From Penicillus capitatus (lineage: Eukaryota > Plantae > Chlorophyta): DNA of 64,000 bases. Of the stretch, positions 1 through 11,538 are shown one piece after another. The notes beneath the pieces are model-generated. The model did no database searches. It saw nothing but the letters and a program-made list of their open reading frames with translations, and was not told the DNA's origin. A program made the translations under genes and the position numbers. Within the stretch, counting starts at the first letter, position 1. The number at the start of each line of letters is the position of its first letter. Location of the stretch: positions 203,311-267,310 of the forward strand of contig OZ287708.1 of NCBI GenBank assembly GCA_965649825.1, read 5' to 3'.

Positions 1-2858
1 CGCAGCGACGGCCGCTCGTTTTCACAAAGAGGCCTCCCGTTACACAGCACGCGTGCGTATGTTGTGAAGGACGTGATGGGTCCAGTCGTATCGAAGATGG
101 CAAATGTCGTTTCTCTTCTGTCGCGAAAAACAATCGGGATCTCGATGTAATATCAAAGGGACATCCAGGACATCTGTTTCCTTACAGCCGCGCCCTCGTT
201 AAACAACCGACAGACAGATACAGTGTCCATTGTTCAGTGGAACTGCCTCATGACAGCAGATCTTTGCGGTGGGCGTAGTTCGATTGGTAGAACTTCTGCA
301 GGAACGGCGAGTCCGTCGACTTCTTGACAACGAGTTTTGGCTTTCCCATGGTATCGACATACTCCGCCATCTGCACCGCGACAGCCATTCAATCCACTCG
401 CTCGCTCGAACCATCCCCGTACCAGGTGGTGTCTCTGCTTGAAGTGATTCATGATCAGCTACAGTCACACGTTCGGTCAGGTAAAGAGTGAGAACTCAAC
501 GCGTGCGGTGTACCGAAAGCTCCTCGTTGCCTTTCACGAGAAGGTTGCTGATGGCCTAATGCAGACGAGCATGACAGTGGCAGTCATGGGCAGGGACATG
601 TACTCGTGTGTCCTTCACGTGAGCATGGTCTCTGATTTTCTGCGCGATCTTCTTGCGCACGACTGGAGGCGTTGCCACTTCATCGAGCTGATACGCCTGC
701 AGAACGTAAGGAACGCAGCGGCAGCACTGAAAGGCAAGAAGCACAGGGTGGTTGGTGTCGGGCGCGTCAGGCAGAGATGCCGACCGCTCGGAAGAAGTCC
801 GTGACGCTGGCGGAGGTCGGAGAAGCGACGGCGATCGGCGTCGCGTTCTTGAGACGAGCGATGATTTTTCCAGTGGCCATTCTCAGCGCCGACCGTAATG
901 CAACGCTTGACGAATCTTCAAAATGCTCTACGGCAAGATGATCATGCATCTCCTGACAAGAGCACGACTGTGGCGGCGGCTGCCGACGCGCGTCGCGCGT
1001 TCAGAGTTCGATCTTTCCCTCGTGCTCCGCCCAGTGATATATCGGTTGCTGAATAAAACGGCACCTGGCCACGTCTGAGAGCGAGCTGTCCTAGGGGTGG
1101 AATGCGCTGCAGCTCAGTCGTCTTTCCTCTCCGACCGTCCGTAGTACAGTGATAGATTAAGATGCTTGCTCTGGGCTACTGCTTTCTGAAGAACAAGCGC
1201 AAAATAAAGGTACCCAGGCACAACTCGGATTAATCTGAAAGGCACAGACGCAAAGCGCAAGATGCTCAGGCGTACAGCGCGCTGCGCGGATGGATGCGTT
1301 GAGAGATCACTGACAGCAGTGAGGAGGACGATGAAACTGACGGCGGGCAGCTGCCACAGTCCAGAACGACGCACGGCAGTGGCAAGGCAGAGTACTTGAC
1401 GCGCATTCGCGCCTCGAATCCACGTCCGTCAGCTCTCTGAGCATCGTGCTCGCGCAGCTGCGTCGGAAGGGTAGGGACAGAATCCAGGACAGGCATCATC
1501 ATCCCCTTCTAGCTCGCTCCGATTTGCCAGCCGAAAAATCGAGGAGCGGACAGTCGCACTCCGTTGGCGCGCCCATTCGTCGCGAGCAAACTCTCTCTCA
1601 TCCGAAATCGTTTACCGTCTGCAGAGCGCAACACTCACTGTGCGTTCTCTCTAGCACCGTTGTTTTGAGGACGCTTTGTTATGCGAATGCATTCCTCGAT
1701 ATCGATCCAACGCGCCGACGTCGACACGCATCTCGTCGCTCCGTGAGGGATGCCGAGTCGCTGGTCCGAACGGCAGAGCCGAGAGCAGGCGTGACTGCAG
1801 AGTCTGTCGTTCATGCGTTCCGCAGTGCATTTGCCGCACGAGAGAACATCGCCGGCGCTGGCGACATCGTCCAGGAACGCCCCGCGCGCAGAACACTCGA
1901 CGGCAGTTGTTCGTCTTTCACTACAGAGATCTTCGACAAGTGGTCTCCGAACAGAAGACGGACGTTCTCCGTCACAGCCCTCATAAAATCAGAACTCGCC
2001 AGACACTAGAAAAAAACGCCATGGTCGATTCCGATAAGGATGCAGCAGCATACCATCGCTTTCTAGTGGCAATCCACCACTTTGGTGCGCTCTGCACTGT
2101 GGAACACGCCGGAAATAAAGAAGGCGATGGCATCGGATCGAGACTGGCCTCGACTGCGATCGACAGCGCCATCAGACAGGTTGTCTGCAAAACTGCCCGA
2201 TCTATGGCTTCGCAGACAGAGCAGCAATCTTGCACAGCAGCCACACAACGCGATAGAACTTCGCTGATCGGAGCGAACGGTGTCCTCTAAGGCACTCCCT
2301 CGAGGCTGTGCGCGAGCATTAGCTAAAACGACGACTCCGCGGCCGTCCGCTTCTCGCAGAAGGCGTCGTCGGTTCCGCCTTCCATGTTCGAGGGAGTTAG
2401 GACCAACGACATCTCCTCAAACCGACTCGCGTTACACCGCGCAGAACGCTCTGTCGACGGCGTTTGCGACGGAGACGCCCGAAACAGAAGGCCCTCTCGA
2501 CGCAGAGTCCGCGCCGATCCTGCGAACGATAGAGACCGCCTCATTCCTCTGCCCAGGCAACGCGGAGCTGGCTCGAGCGGTTGGCCGTTCGCAGAATCGC
2601 GTCGGAACAGCCGCAGAGAACGCATGCGCGTTACACTCAGAGCGGAGCACACGGACAAACTGTAAGAAATTTCTTCTGTAAAACACTTCACAAAGTGTCC
2701 AGAAGCGTTCTCCCGTTCGCGTCGCGGATCCGACGACAGTGCTTAGCGTTTCTGGACGTCTGTCGGCCGATCGTTTGTCCGGCGGCGCTGCATGCGCCGC
2801 CAAACGGCCACGGTTCGCAGCCGCCACCCGCAGGTCGCGCTCGGCAACCGAGGCGGCC

Positions 2859-2864
2859 TATAAA
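2859..2864 (+). promoter_or_regulatory. TATA box upstream of the Pro-rich gene
   Basis: GGCCTATAAAGG lies ~100 nt upstream of ATG 2961 and is followed by a pyrimidine-rich leader. A perfect GGCGGCGC-tgcat-GCGCCGCC inverted repeat sits upstream at 2781-2801. Confidence 0.6.
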
Positions 2865-2960
2865 GGTCTTGTCTCAGATCCTTCCGCACTCGAGTTTCCG
2901 AGTTCTTGCGCTCTGTTTTCTGAGTTCTTGCTGATGTTTTCTGCGACCTCAGCGACCACG

Positions 2961-4084
2961 ATGGCTGATGCTCACATGACCACCGAGGATGATTACGGAT
3001 ATCCGGGAAGACCGTAAGTCCACTGGCCATGTTTCGACGCGCCGCGCGCTACAGGGCTTCTCGACTGCGGCCAGAACGCTTTTCATGCGCACGCATGCGT
3101 CCGGCTGCAGTCGAGGAGCCCCGTAGCGCGCGGCGCGTCTGCTCTTCGAGATCTCTGACCCTTGTGTGTTATGTAGATTCTCCCAAGTGACTTTGCCGGA
3201 GGTCCTAGGCGACCGACCGCCCAGGGCCTTCCAGGGCATGAGTCCGGCCGAGCGTGAGCAGTTGTACTGGGATTTGAAAGCCCAGACAACTGCTCAGAGG
3301 GGTCAGCAGCACCTCGCGGCGCAGACCCCTCCTGTGAGGTTTGGACCCAATAGGGTCCAAACCCCACAGCCTCGGCCGGTACGGCGCGCTAGGGTCCTCT
3401 CCTCGGAGGGGAGGAGAGCGCGGCTGGCCCAAGAGGGCCGGCCTGCAGCCCCTCCGCCCTCCCAGCCTGCCCAGCCTGCAGCGCCGCCGCCAATCCAGCC
3501 TTCTGCCGCCTCCCAGTCGGCCGCGCCGCCGCCAATCCAGCCGCCAGCCTCGCATCCTGCCCCTCCGAGAGCCGCGCCGCCTCAGGCCCAGCCGCCACAG
3601 CCTCCAGTCTCCCAGCCGCCACAGCCTCCAGTCTCCCAGCCAGTTCTTATGGAGTGGTCCCCTGCGGCACCAACCGCACTGCCAACCTCCCAACCTACCC
3701 AGTTCCCTATTTTTCCTCCCCGGCCACAAGTATACTGTATTCCTGCATCCCCCCCTCCTTCAATTCCTTCACGTCCCTTTTTCCTCTCCCTCCATTCGCA
3801 GCCACCTGCCTTTCCAGAACGCACGTCTTTGTATTCCATCACCCGCCCATCTGTCATTCCACCCCGTCCGTTCATCTTTTCGGTCGGCCCTCTAGGTATC
3901 CCTCCCAGGCCCTATTTCCTTTCTGGCCAGTGCATTCAGATCTGCCCACCAGCCATCCCGCAAAGAATGTACTTCATGTCGGGACAATGCGTAAGTTAAA
4001 CTATTCTTTAGTCTCTCTTATGGTTTTTTTGCTATGTAGATTTCTATCCAGAATTGGCCTGTATGGGGAGCTAGATCTGGTTAA
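2961..4084 (+). CDS. Orphan Pro/Gln-rich protein, 3 exons (2961-3013, 3177-3990, 4040-4084)
   Basis: Both donors are strong GTAAGT (3014, 3991) and both acceptors are ATGTAG (3176, 4039). Splicing keeps the frame: MADAHMTTEDDYGYPGRPFSQVTLPEV...PPPIQP repeats...IPPRPYFLSGQC...ISIQNWPVWGARSG*. There is an upstream TATA box and an A-rich run at 4120-4143. No family recognised. Confidence 0.6.
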
Positions 4085-4284
4085 TTTTTTTATAAGCTGT
4101 TTTCCTTGGGGGTAGATGAAAAAAATAAAAAAAAAATAAAAAGGGGCTGTTTTCTTTCTTTTGATGTTTCTCTGCCATTCCACCTTCGCTTTGTTGTGGT
4201 TGGCTCTGTGTTAGCTGTTTTTTTGCTTATAGGCTGTCGAAGCGCGTTCCTTGTTTTTTTACTTGGCGACTGCTGTGTAGTATC

Positions 4285-5060
4285 TGCTGTGATTGATGGC
4301 TGGAGGCTGGATGATCTACCTGCTCTATTGCTGTTGAGGAGGCTGGAGCCCGACATGGATGATCTACCTGCCGTATTGCTGTTGAGGAGGCTGGAGCCCG
4401 ACATGGATGATCTATATGCCGTTATTAGAGGTAGACGGCAGTCTGGGATGATCTGTTATCTGCTCTGTTGCGATTGGAAACATTCGTCGATTGCTTACTT
4501 GACGTAAGGCGGCTAGTGGAGGCCGTATTACATGATCTACTCGCTTCTCTGTTGTGACTGGATGCGGAAAGCCGCTAGGATTGTCTACCTGCTGCTATTG
4601 GAGGCTGGAAACTGTCTCAGATGTCTTAGTGCTGTATTGCTGCGAACGGAGGCTGTCATTGATGTTCTGCTTGCTGTGATTGAAGACTAAAAAACCGTCA
4701 TGGATGATCAGTTTGCTGGCTGCTGATGGAGGCTGGCTGGAAACATCCCTGACGATCTATTTGCTGACTGGCTGCTGATGGAGGCCCTGAGGCCGACACA
4801 TATGTTCTACTTGTTGCCATTGGATGCTGGAGGATGTCTCGCATGATCTACTCGCTGCTCTGTTGCGACTGGAGGCTGAAAGCCGTTAGGATTATCTACC
4901 TGCTGTACTGCTGCTGTCGGAGGCTGGAGGCCGACTTGGATGATCTGTTAGCTGCCTGCTGTCATTGGACCTCCGTCGTCTTCGCCCTACCTGATGTCTA
5001 GCAGCTGCTGGTGACCGTCACAGACAATCTGTTTGCCGTTCTTGTTGCTGCTGAAGACCG
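4285..5060. repeat. Degenerate ~48-bp tandem repeat
   Basis: Two near-exact units GGAGGCTGGAGCCCGACATGGATGATCTACCTGCCGTATTGCTGTTGA around 4338-4420, followed by eroded copies that retain GGAGGCTG...GATGATCT cores. Confidence 0.75.
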
Positions 5061-5087
5061 TCGTCTGGGCCCAACCCATTGTCCGGC

Positions 5088-5700
5088 CGCCGCCCGAGAC
5101 ACAAAGAGGCGTCCACCTGACGTCTCACCGCCGCCAGAGACACAATAAGGCGTCCACCTGACGTCTCACCGCCGCCAGAGACACAAAGAGGCGTCCACCT
5201 GACGTCTCACCGCCGCCAGAGACACAAAGAGGCGTCCACCTGACGTCTCATCGCCGCCAGAGAAGGAGACAGGCGTCCACCTGACGTCTCACCGCCGCCA
5301 GAGAAGGAGACAGGCGTCCACCTGACGTCTCACCGCCGCCAGAGAAGGAGACAGGCGTCCACCTGACGTCTCACCGCCGCCAGAGAAGGAGACAGGCGTC
5401 CACCTGACGTCTCACCGCCGCCAGAGAAGGAGACAGGCGTCCACCTGACGTCTCACCGCCGCCAGAGAAGGAGACAGGCGTCCACCTGACGTCTCACCGC
5501 CGCCAGAGAAGGAGACAGGCGTCCACCTGACGTCTCACCGCCGCCAGAGAAGGAGACAGGCGTCCACCTGACGTCTCACCGCCGCCAGAGACACAAAGAG
5601 GCGTCCACCTGACGTCTCACCGCCGCCAGAGACACAAAGAGGCGTCCACCTGACGTCTCACCGCCGCCAGAGAAAGAGACAGGCGTCACTCTGACGTCTT
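5088..5700. repeat. 41-bp tandem minisatellite (family B), 14 near-perfect copies
   Basis: GCGTCCACCTGACGTCTCA recurs every 41 bp from 5109 to 5642. Two variants are present (GAGACACAAAGAG and GAGAAGGAGACAG). Confidence 0.97.
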
Positions 5701-6185
5701 TCCGCCGCCGGAGAGAGAGAGGCGTCCAACCTGACGCTTGGCCGCTTCCTGAGAGAGAGGCGTCCAACCTGACGCTTGGCCGCTGCCTGAGAGAGAGGCG
5801 TCCAACCTGACGCTTGGCCGCCGCCAGAGAAAGAGACAGACGTCACTCTGACGCCTGGCCGCCGCCGGAGAGAAAGACAGGCGTCCAACCTGACGCTTGG
5901 CCGCTGCCTGAGAGAGAGGCGTCCACCTGACGCCTTTCCGCCGCCGCCGGAGAGAAAGACAGGCGTCCAACCTGACGCCTGGCCGCTGCCAGAGAAAGAG
6001 AGAGGCGTCCAACCTGACGCCTGGCCGCTGCCAGAGAAAGAGAGAGGCGTCCAACCTGACGTCTTTCCGCTGCCGCCGAAGAGAGAGGCGTCCACCTGAC
6101 GTCTTTCCGCCGCCGAAGAGAGAGGCGTCCACCTGACGTCTTTCCGCCGCCGAAGAGAGAGGAGTCCACCTGACGTCTGGCCGCC
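5700..6185. repeat. Diverged family-B monomers (~38-43 bp)
   Basis: Repeated AGGCGTCCA(A)CCTGACG(C/T) cores separated by GAGAGA/GAGAAAGA linkers. Confidence 0.9.
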
Positions 6186-7135
6186 GATGAAGACAGCAAT
6201 GGGCGACCAGCCCACCGCTCTGGAGGTCACCGGAGGCCATCCTTCCGCTCTGGCCGCCAGTGGAGGCGGTAATGGCGGCCAACAATCATCTGGCCGTCGC
6301 TGGAAACCGACCCAACGCTCTGGCCGCCAGTGGAGGCGGCAATGGCGGCCGACAATCATCTGGCCGTCGACGAAGGCCATCCTTCCGCTCTGGCTGCCCC
6401 TGGAGGCAGCCAGAGCACCCTACTTGATCTCTCGGTGCCACTCGAGGCAGCAATGGGCGACCAGCCCAACGCTCTGGCTGCCAGTGGAGGCAGCCAGGGC
6501 ACCCTACCTGATCTCTCGCTGCCACTCGAGGCAGCAATGGGCGACCAGCCCAACGCTCTGGCTGCCAGTGGAGGCAGCCAGGGCACCCTACCTGATCTCT
6601 CGCTGCCACTCGAGGCAGCAATGGGCGACCAGCCCACCGCTCTGGCTGCCAGTGGAGGCAGCCAGGGCACCCTACCTGATCTCTCGCTGCCACTCGAGGC
6701 AGCAATGGGCGACCAGCCCACCGCTCTGGCTGCCAGTGGAGGCAGCCAGAGCACTCTACCTACCTGCTCTGGCCGCCAGTGGAGGCGGCTATGGCGGCTG
6801 ACTGACATCTGGCCGTCGCTGGAGGCCGACCCTCACGCTCTGGCTGCCAGTGGAGGCAGCCAGAGCACTCTACCTACCTGCTCTGGCCGCCAGTGGAGGC
6901 GGCAATAACGGCCGACACTCATATGGCCGTCGCTGGAGGCCAACCCTCACGCTCTGGCTGCCAGTGGAGGCAGCCAGCGCACCCTACCTAATGCTCTTCC
7001 CGCCAAAGGAGGCGGCAATGGCGGCCGACTGACATCTGGCCGTCACTCAAGGCCTACCTTCTGCTCTGGCTGCCAGTGGAGGCGGCTATGGCGGCCGATT
7101 CGACATCTGGCCGCCGCCGGACAATTACTGGCGTC
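6186..7135. repeat. GC-rich satellite: 81-bp units (6445-6745) and 114/71/43-bp-type units
   Basis: An 81-bp unit appears as the 27-aa periodicity PLEAAMGDQPNALAASGGSQGTLPDLSL. GCTCTGGCTGCCAGTGGAGGCAGCCAG(A/G)GC cores recur, and the same monomers appear inverted at 61.5-64 kb. Confidence 0.95.
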
Positions 7136-7138
7136 CAA

Positions 7139-8420
7139 CTGACGCCTGGCAGCCGCTGGAGAAAGAGAGGCGTCCAATCTGATGGCTGTCTGTGATTGGT
7201 GTCAGTGCTCTTTTAGGGTGACCTTCCGCGCCGCACTGTAAGCTCTTATATCGTACAGTTGCATTTTCTTATTTTTTTCTGTAGACTTTGTGACGGGCCG
7301 GGCGACTTTTCTTCCGTGCACCACCGTTATCAGACCTGTCCACTTAACATCTCACTCTTAAGTCGCTTTGCTGAGAGCTATGATTCTATAGCTACAGTTT
7401 TAATATGTTATCAAAGCCTTCTACCTTTTTTACCTCTTATGTTTCGAGCACACAAGAAAGTACGACATCAGATTTCTTAGTTTTGGAAAGAGTAATGTGA
7501 CGAGAGAATAAAGTGCAGTCAAAGACCGTGCGTAATCTTCCCTGTGTCGAATGCACTAGACGATTTTAAGGAACTTCAGCTGCCAGCGCGTTTATCTCAG
7601 ATGGAGATTGCCTCCGCAGAATAGAATGCAGCATGGCGGCGGCGCCTGCCTATCTTGTCCTACAGAGATGACGACGTGTGCTCGCGAATGAGAGAGTATT
7701 ACACCACCACTGTGATCGAGTTCAATTCTTTTTCTTAAATGTTGTTGACGTTTACAATGTGTGTATGGTGTAATGTGTGTGACGTCAACGTTTAATATGT
7801 GCGTTTCTTATTCTATGCAAACAGTCAAGGAACACAGCGTTAAGAATGAACAAGGTATATCAACCTGATGAAGTACAATAAACAACATCAAGAACAACTT
7901 TACAGTCTTAGAGCATGCAGGAGTCAGCTTTCATAGATTGTGCCAGCTGAAGGATGACTCGGACATCCAGACACCAATGAATAGGAACTCAATGCACGCG
8001 ACAACCGAATGCAGTTTTTAATTCCAGTCTATATATGAATCTCGGCGTCAGCAACGTTCGGCAGTCTGATAGGCAGCAACAAAGCATATTAAGGGGCAGT
8101 AATAGGTGCTTCATGGAGAAGCAAGATGAAAACTAATGAGCGAAACCGGCACACATCTCAGCCATTGAGTCAAAGGGGATAGATGGCATGATGACTCAGT
8201 GCGGTGAGCATCACAGATCCGTCATGCGTGTGTTGGAATGGATACCGACCAAGGGTGCCGCGAGAAGCTTACAGGTATGCTTCCCTGGATTTTGTATGCG
8301 GACGCGCATGATGCCACAGACAGATAGACGCCAAACGCGAAACGTCTGCCGGGCAGATAGTGGGATAGATATCACTGATTTGAAAACATGTACTTTCAGA
8401 ACAGTCCTGTCCGTCGACTG
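7139..8420 (+). repeat. Left arm of the long inverted repeat
   Basis: Reverse complement of 59452-61513. 7139-7538 matches 61513-61114 with 2 mismatches (7167, 7438) and no indels. Further homology runs to ~8225, and ~8235-8420 matches ~59452-59641. Confidence 0.97.
8170..8235 (-). pseudogene. 3' remnant of the secreted-protein gene found at 59899-60483
   Basis: The minus strand reads HTHDGSVMLTALSHHAIYPL*, versus TMHNGSVVLTSLSHHVIYPL* in the right arm. Everything upstream (~780 bp, including the promoter and exons 1-2) is missing. Confidence 0.85.
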
Positions 8421-8630
8421 TCCTCTTATCGTGGATAAATAACATCATTGAGCAGTTTGGCCATTTCGGCGGAATTTGGCGATGGAGGCGATCGACGAAA
8501 CGTCCAAAGCAACAGACAAAAACGTCCTGGCGGCGGGAAGCGAAGACATTTACACAACAGATTCGGCGGGGCCCCCTCTCTCAGGTATCTCGTGATAGGG
8601 CGAATGCTCGCTCGTATCGATGACAGTCCG

Positions 8631-9315
8631 TCACACCACGTTGTCATCAACGTCGTTCTCTTGCGTCGATCGGTCGAGTCGATCATGAGCCTTGGCGAAA
8701 CTCTCTTGCACAACTGCTACGAATCGCATCTCCATTTCTCGCGTCCTGCGTTTCTCATGTAGAATCTGATTACGAAAGCAGGCAGGTACGCCATATCATC
8801 ATTCATGATCCCTCAACACGAGAGACACAGAGACGCACATTGTTTTTCAGTTCTCGGACGATCGAAGCATGCTCTCTCGCCACGCGCTCGTTTTCGTTAT
8901 TCTTTTCTTGAAGTGAGGTTCTGAGTTCAGCGAGGTCAGCGTTAGCTCTTTCCAGATGCTCTTGCATCTCTCGTTTCTCTTCCTATTCACCGGGCAATAG
9001 TCATGCTCTCAGCGCAGGAGGCGTCGCGGATGCCTACCTCTGCCTTGGCACGCAGACTGTTCGTTACGGCGACGATATGACCAGATGCTTCGTCCAGATT
9101 CTGTTGTGCTCGTTGTAAACGCGTTCTCCATTCTGCCTCCAACTGACGTGCCCGATTCACCTGCACCAGAGAAGACTGTTATCCCGATCCCGCCGCGAAT
9201 GCATGAGTAAACAAAACGCCTCTCGATTCTTCTCGTGGATCAGACGCTGCAAAAACGCGATCTCGTTTTGCGCTTGTCGCAATGTCTGTTGGTCAGAAGG
9301 TGTTTTTAATTCCAT
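8631..9315 (-). CDS. Small orphan coiled-coil protein, 4 exons
   Basis: MELKTPSDQQTLRQAQNEIAFLQRLIHEKNRE / VNRARQLEAEWRTRLQRAQQNLDE... / EEKREMQEHLERANADLAELRTSLQEK... / ILHEKRRTREMEMRF...DDNVV*. The first intron (9161-9219) is GC-AG. Confidence 0.7.
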
Positions 9316-9526
9316 CGCCTGTTCTCTTCCTGACGAGAGTGTGTAAAATTGACAGGCGAAACAACTACAAATGATTTGACATTTTCGTCAACGCGTTTAG
9401 AAAAAGAATCCCAACCATGCACATCTTGCAAGCTCGCACAGCATCCAAAAAGAACGAAACGTCGTCTTTCTGAAACACTGAGTTGTACATCGTGAATGCA
9501 CAAGGCATATTAAGAGAATAAAGAAT

Positions 9527-10976
9527 CTAATACAGTCGATTCAGAATGTAGTTGGTCATTAACTGAAGCGAATGCTTTGCTGGAGAGTCCAGCAAATCCG
9601 ACAGAGCAGCACGCGCCTAGAGAACGCGATCGTCAGTGAAGAGGCATGACGGCGATGATGTGACAGCAACCTTCAGAGCCTCGTCCGATGCGTACTGCAT
9701 GGCATCTGCAATGCCACCGACGGACTTGGTAAGCTGAATAGCATTTTCCAGAGATCCATCCTCTCTGAACTCTTCTTCGATCAACTCCCGCAATTCCGTA
9801 GACTTACGCAGTGCAAAGATAACGGGAGCTGTCAGATTTCCACTCGCCAGATCTTGACCCTGTAGACGCAACACAGCAAGGGACTCGACAAGCGAATTTT
9901 TGGGGACAGAGAAAGTGCCTGCGGTTTTCCAAGTATCTCTGTCGATTGCGTAAAGTCCAGAATATCATCCACCACTTGAAAGGCAAGACCGAGATGCTTG
10001 CCATAAGCATACATGGCAGCCTTTCCTGCCTCGTCCAGACCTACAGTACTCTCAGTGTAGAGGGCGATGCGCGACAGGGGTAGGTACCGCTGAAGATGGC
10101 AGAGGCTCGGCAGCTGGCAGCGATCAGCGATGCTGTTTTGAAGAAACTTTTGTTCATGTACTTCTCCAATGTGGTCTCCGTGTCGAACAGGACAGATGCT
10201 TGGCTGATCTCCCCATTGGCAAAATCTGCAATGACCTGACTGATCAATTTGATCACTTCCAGATTTTCGAGATTCGCCAGGTTCCATGAAGACTGAGCAA
10301 ACAAGAAATCTCCAACCAGCACAGCCATTCGTGTCCCATACAGGCGATTGACTGTGGCCTTTCCTGGACACACTCAGTCAGCAAAGAAAACGCCTCGCTC
10401 ATTTCTGACCTCTCCGCATGTAACACTCATCAATCACATCGTCATGAACCAGACTCGCCGTGTGGATCATCTCGGTGATCTCTGCCAGTCTTCGGTGCTT
10501 TTCCGTCAGCTCACTTCAGAAAATGCCTGTTAGATAGAGGGCGTGCAGGTATGCAGGTTTCACCCGTTTTCTGCCGTGGCGCGAGCAATCAGTAGAACCA
10601 ACAGAGGGCGAAGGCGTTTCCCTCCTGCCCCAAAAATCTGCTCCGCTGCTGCTAAGAGCAATGGATGTCGCTCCCCGATCGATTCCTTGAGATTCGTGTC
10701 GAGAATTTGCAGATCGTTTTCCACCGGTGTCACAATCTCTCCTAATGTTACTGGCGTTGCCATATTCTGCATCTCGCTCGCGTCACGACGACAGACACTT
10801 CTGTGATCATTGCACCTGTTCGGCGTCGGCGTTGAAAGAAGACGGTGTGGAGCTTTGTGTTTTGGCCGTTTCGTTGTGCAAAGTTGCATGAACGCTCGAC
10901 ACGCCTTGAGTGTACTTGCGAGCGTTGTGGATAGACCCTCGCGTTTTCCGCATACGTCCTTCGTTGCTGAAACCAT
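9527..10976 (-). CDS. SPS: Solanesyl diphosphate synthase (plastid trans-prenyltransferase), ~6 exons
   Basis: [75 protein letters not shown], with a transit-peptide-like N-terminus. The start codon is approximate. Confidence 0.95.
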
Positions 10977-11538
10977 CTGGACGCACACTCGGGCGATACG
11001 CGGTTCCTGCGATCATGGTGAAAACTCGGTTTTCGTTAGTAAGCAGCGCATACGATGACGCATCATGTCAAATTCTACGAGGAAACGACGGTGACTTGGA
11101 AAAGACGGTGACGCAACAGGACTACCACAGAATTGAGCATGAAACATTCACTAAGCTGCTGCACAGACTTGGCACTCAATTTCTCTCCCAGATCACTGCT
11201 ATTGCCACCCGGGCTGCATATTTGCACGTAAGCCGCTCTTCTGGCGAAGCCATGATATCCCTGGCCACCCTACCATCAGAGAAATGGTTTCATATGCACA
11301 CGGCTTTCAGAATCTCCATGCATAAGTGCGGTACCTGCTAATGCCATTGAGACGGAGAGTAAGTGGTGAAGGGTCATCCATACCAACAGAAGGATGAAGG
11401 GTAGACGTCGATGGCACCTTTCTTTCTTGAAATATCTCCCGGGTATATTCCAGTGGCATCATCTCTACGAGCCTCGGACTGTCAACGGAGGACTCTCTCG
11501 GTACTGTTATCGAAATCTAGACAGTGCCATCGACTTAC

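Noticed and set aside
5088-7135. CRISPR-like array
   Set aside because: The units are fully tandem with no unique spacers, the context is eukaryotic, and there are no cas genes.
7211-7218. Single TTTTAGGG in each arm (61434-61441 on the right) as a telomere seed
   Set aside because: It is one 8-mer that could occur by chance. Its G-strand points toward the gene block, which is the wrong way for capping that block. Worth revisiting only if read ends map here.
7259-7480. Identical 73-aa ORF in both arms (also 61172-61393)
   Set aside because: It starts at TTG, has no motif, and is identical only because the DNA is. There is no evidence of coding constraint.
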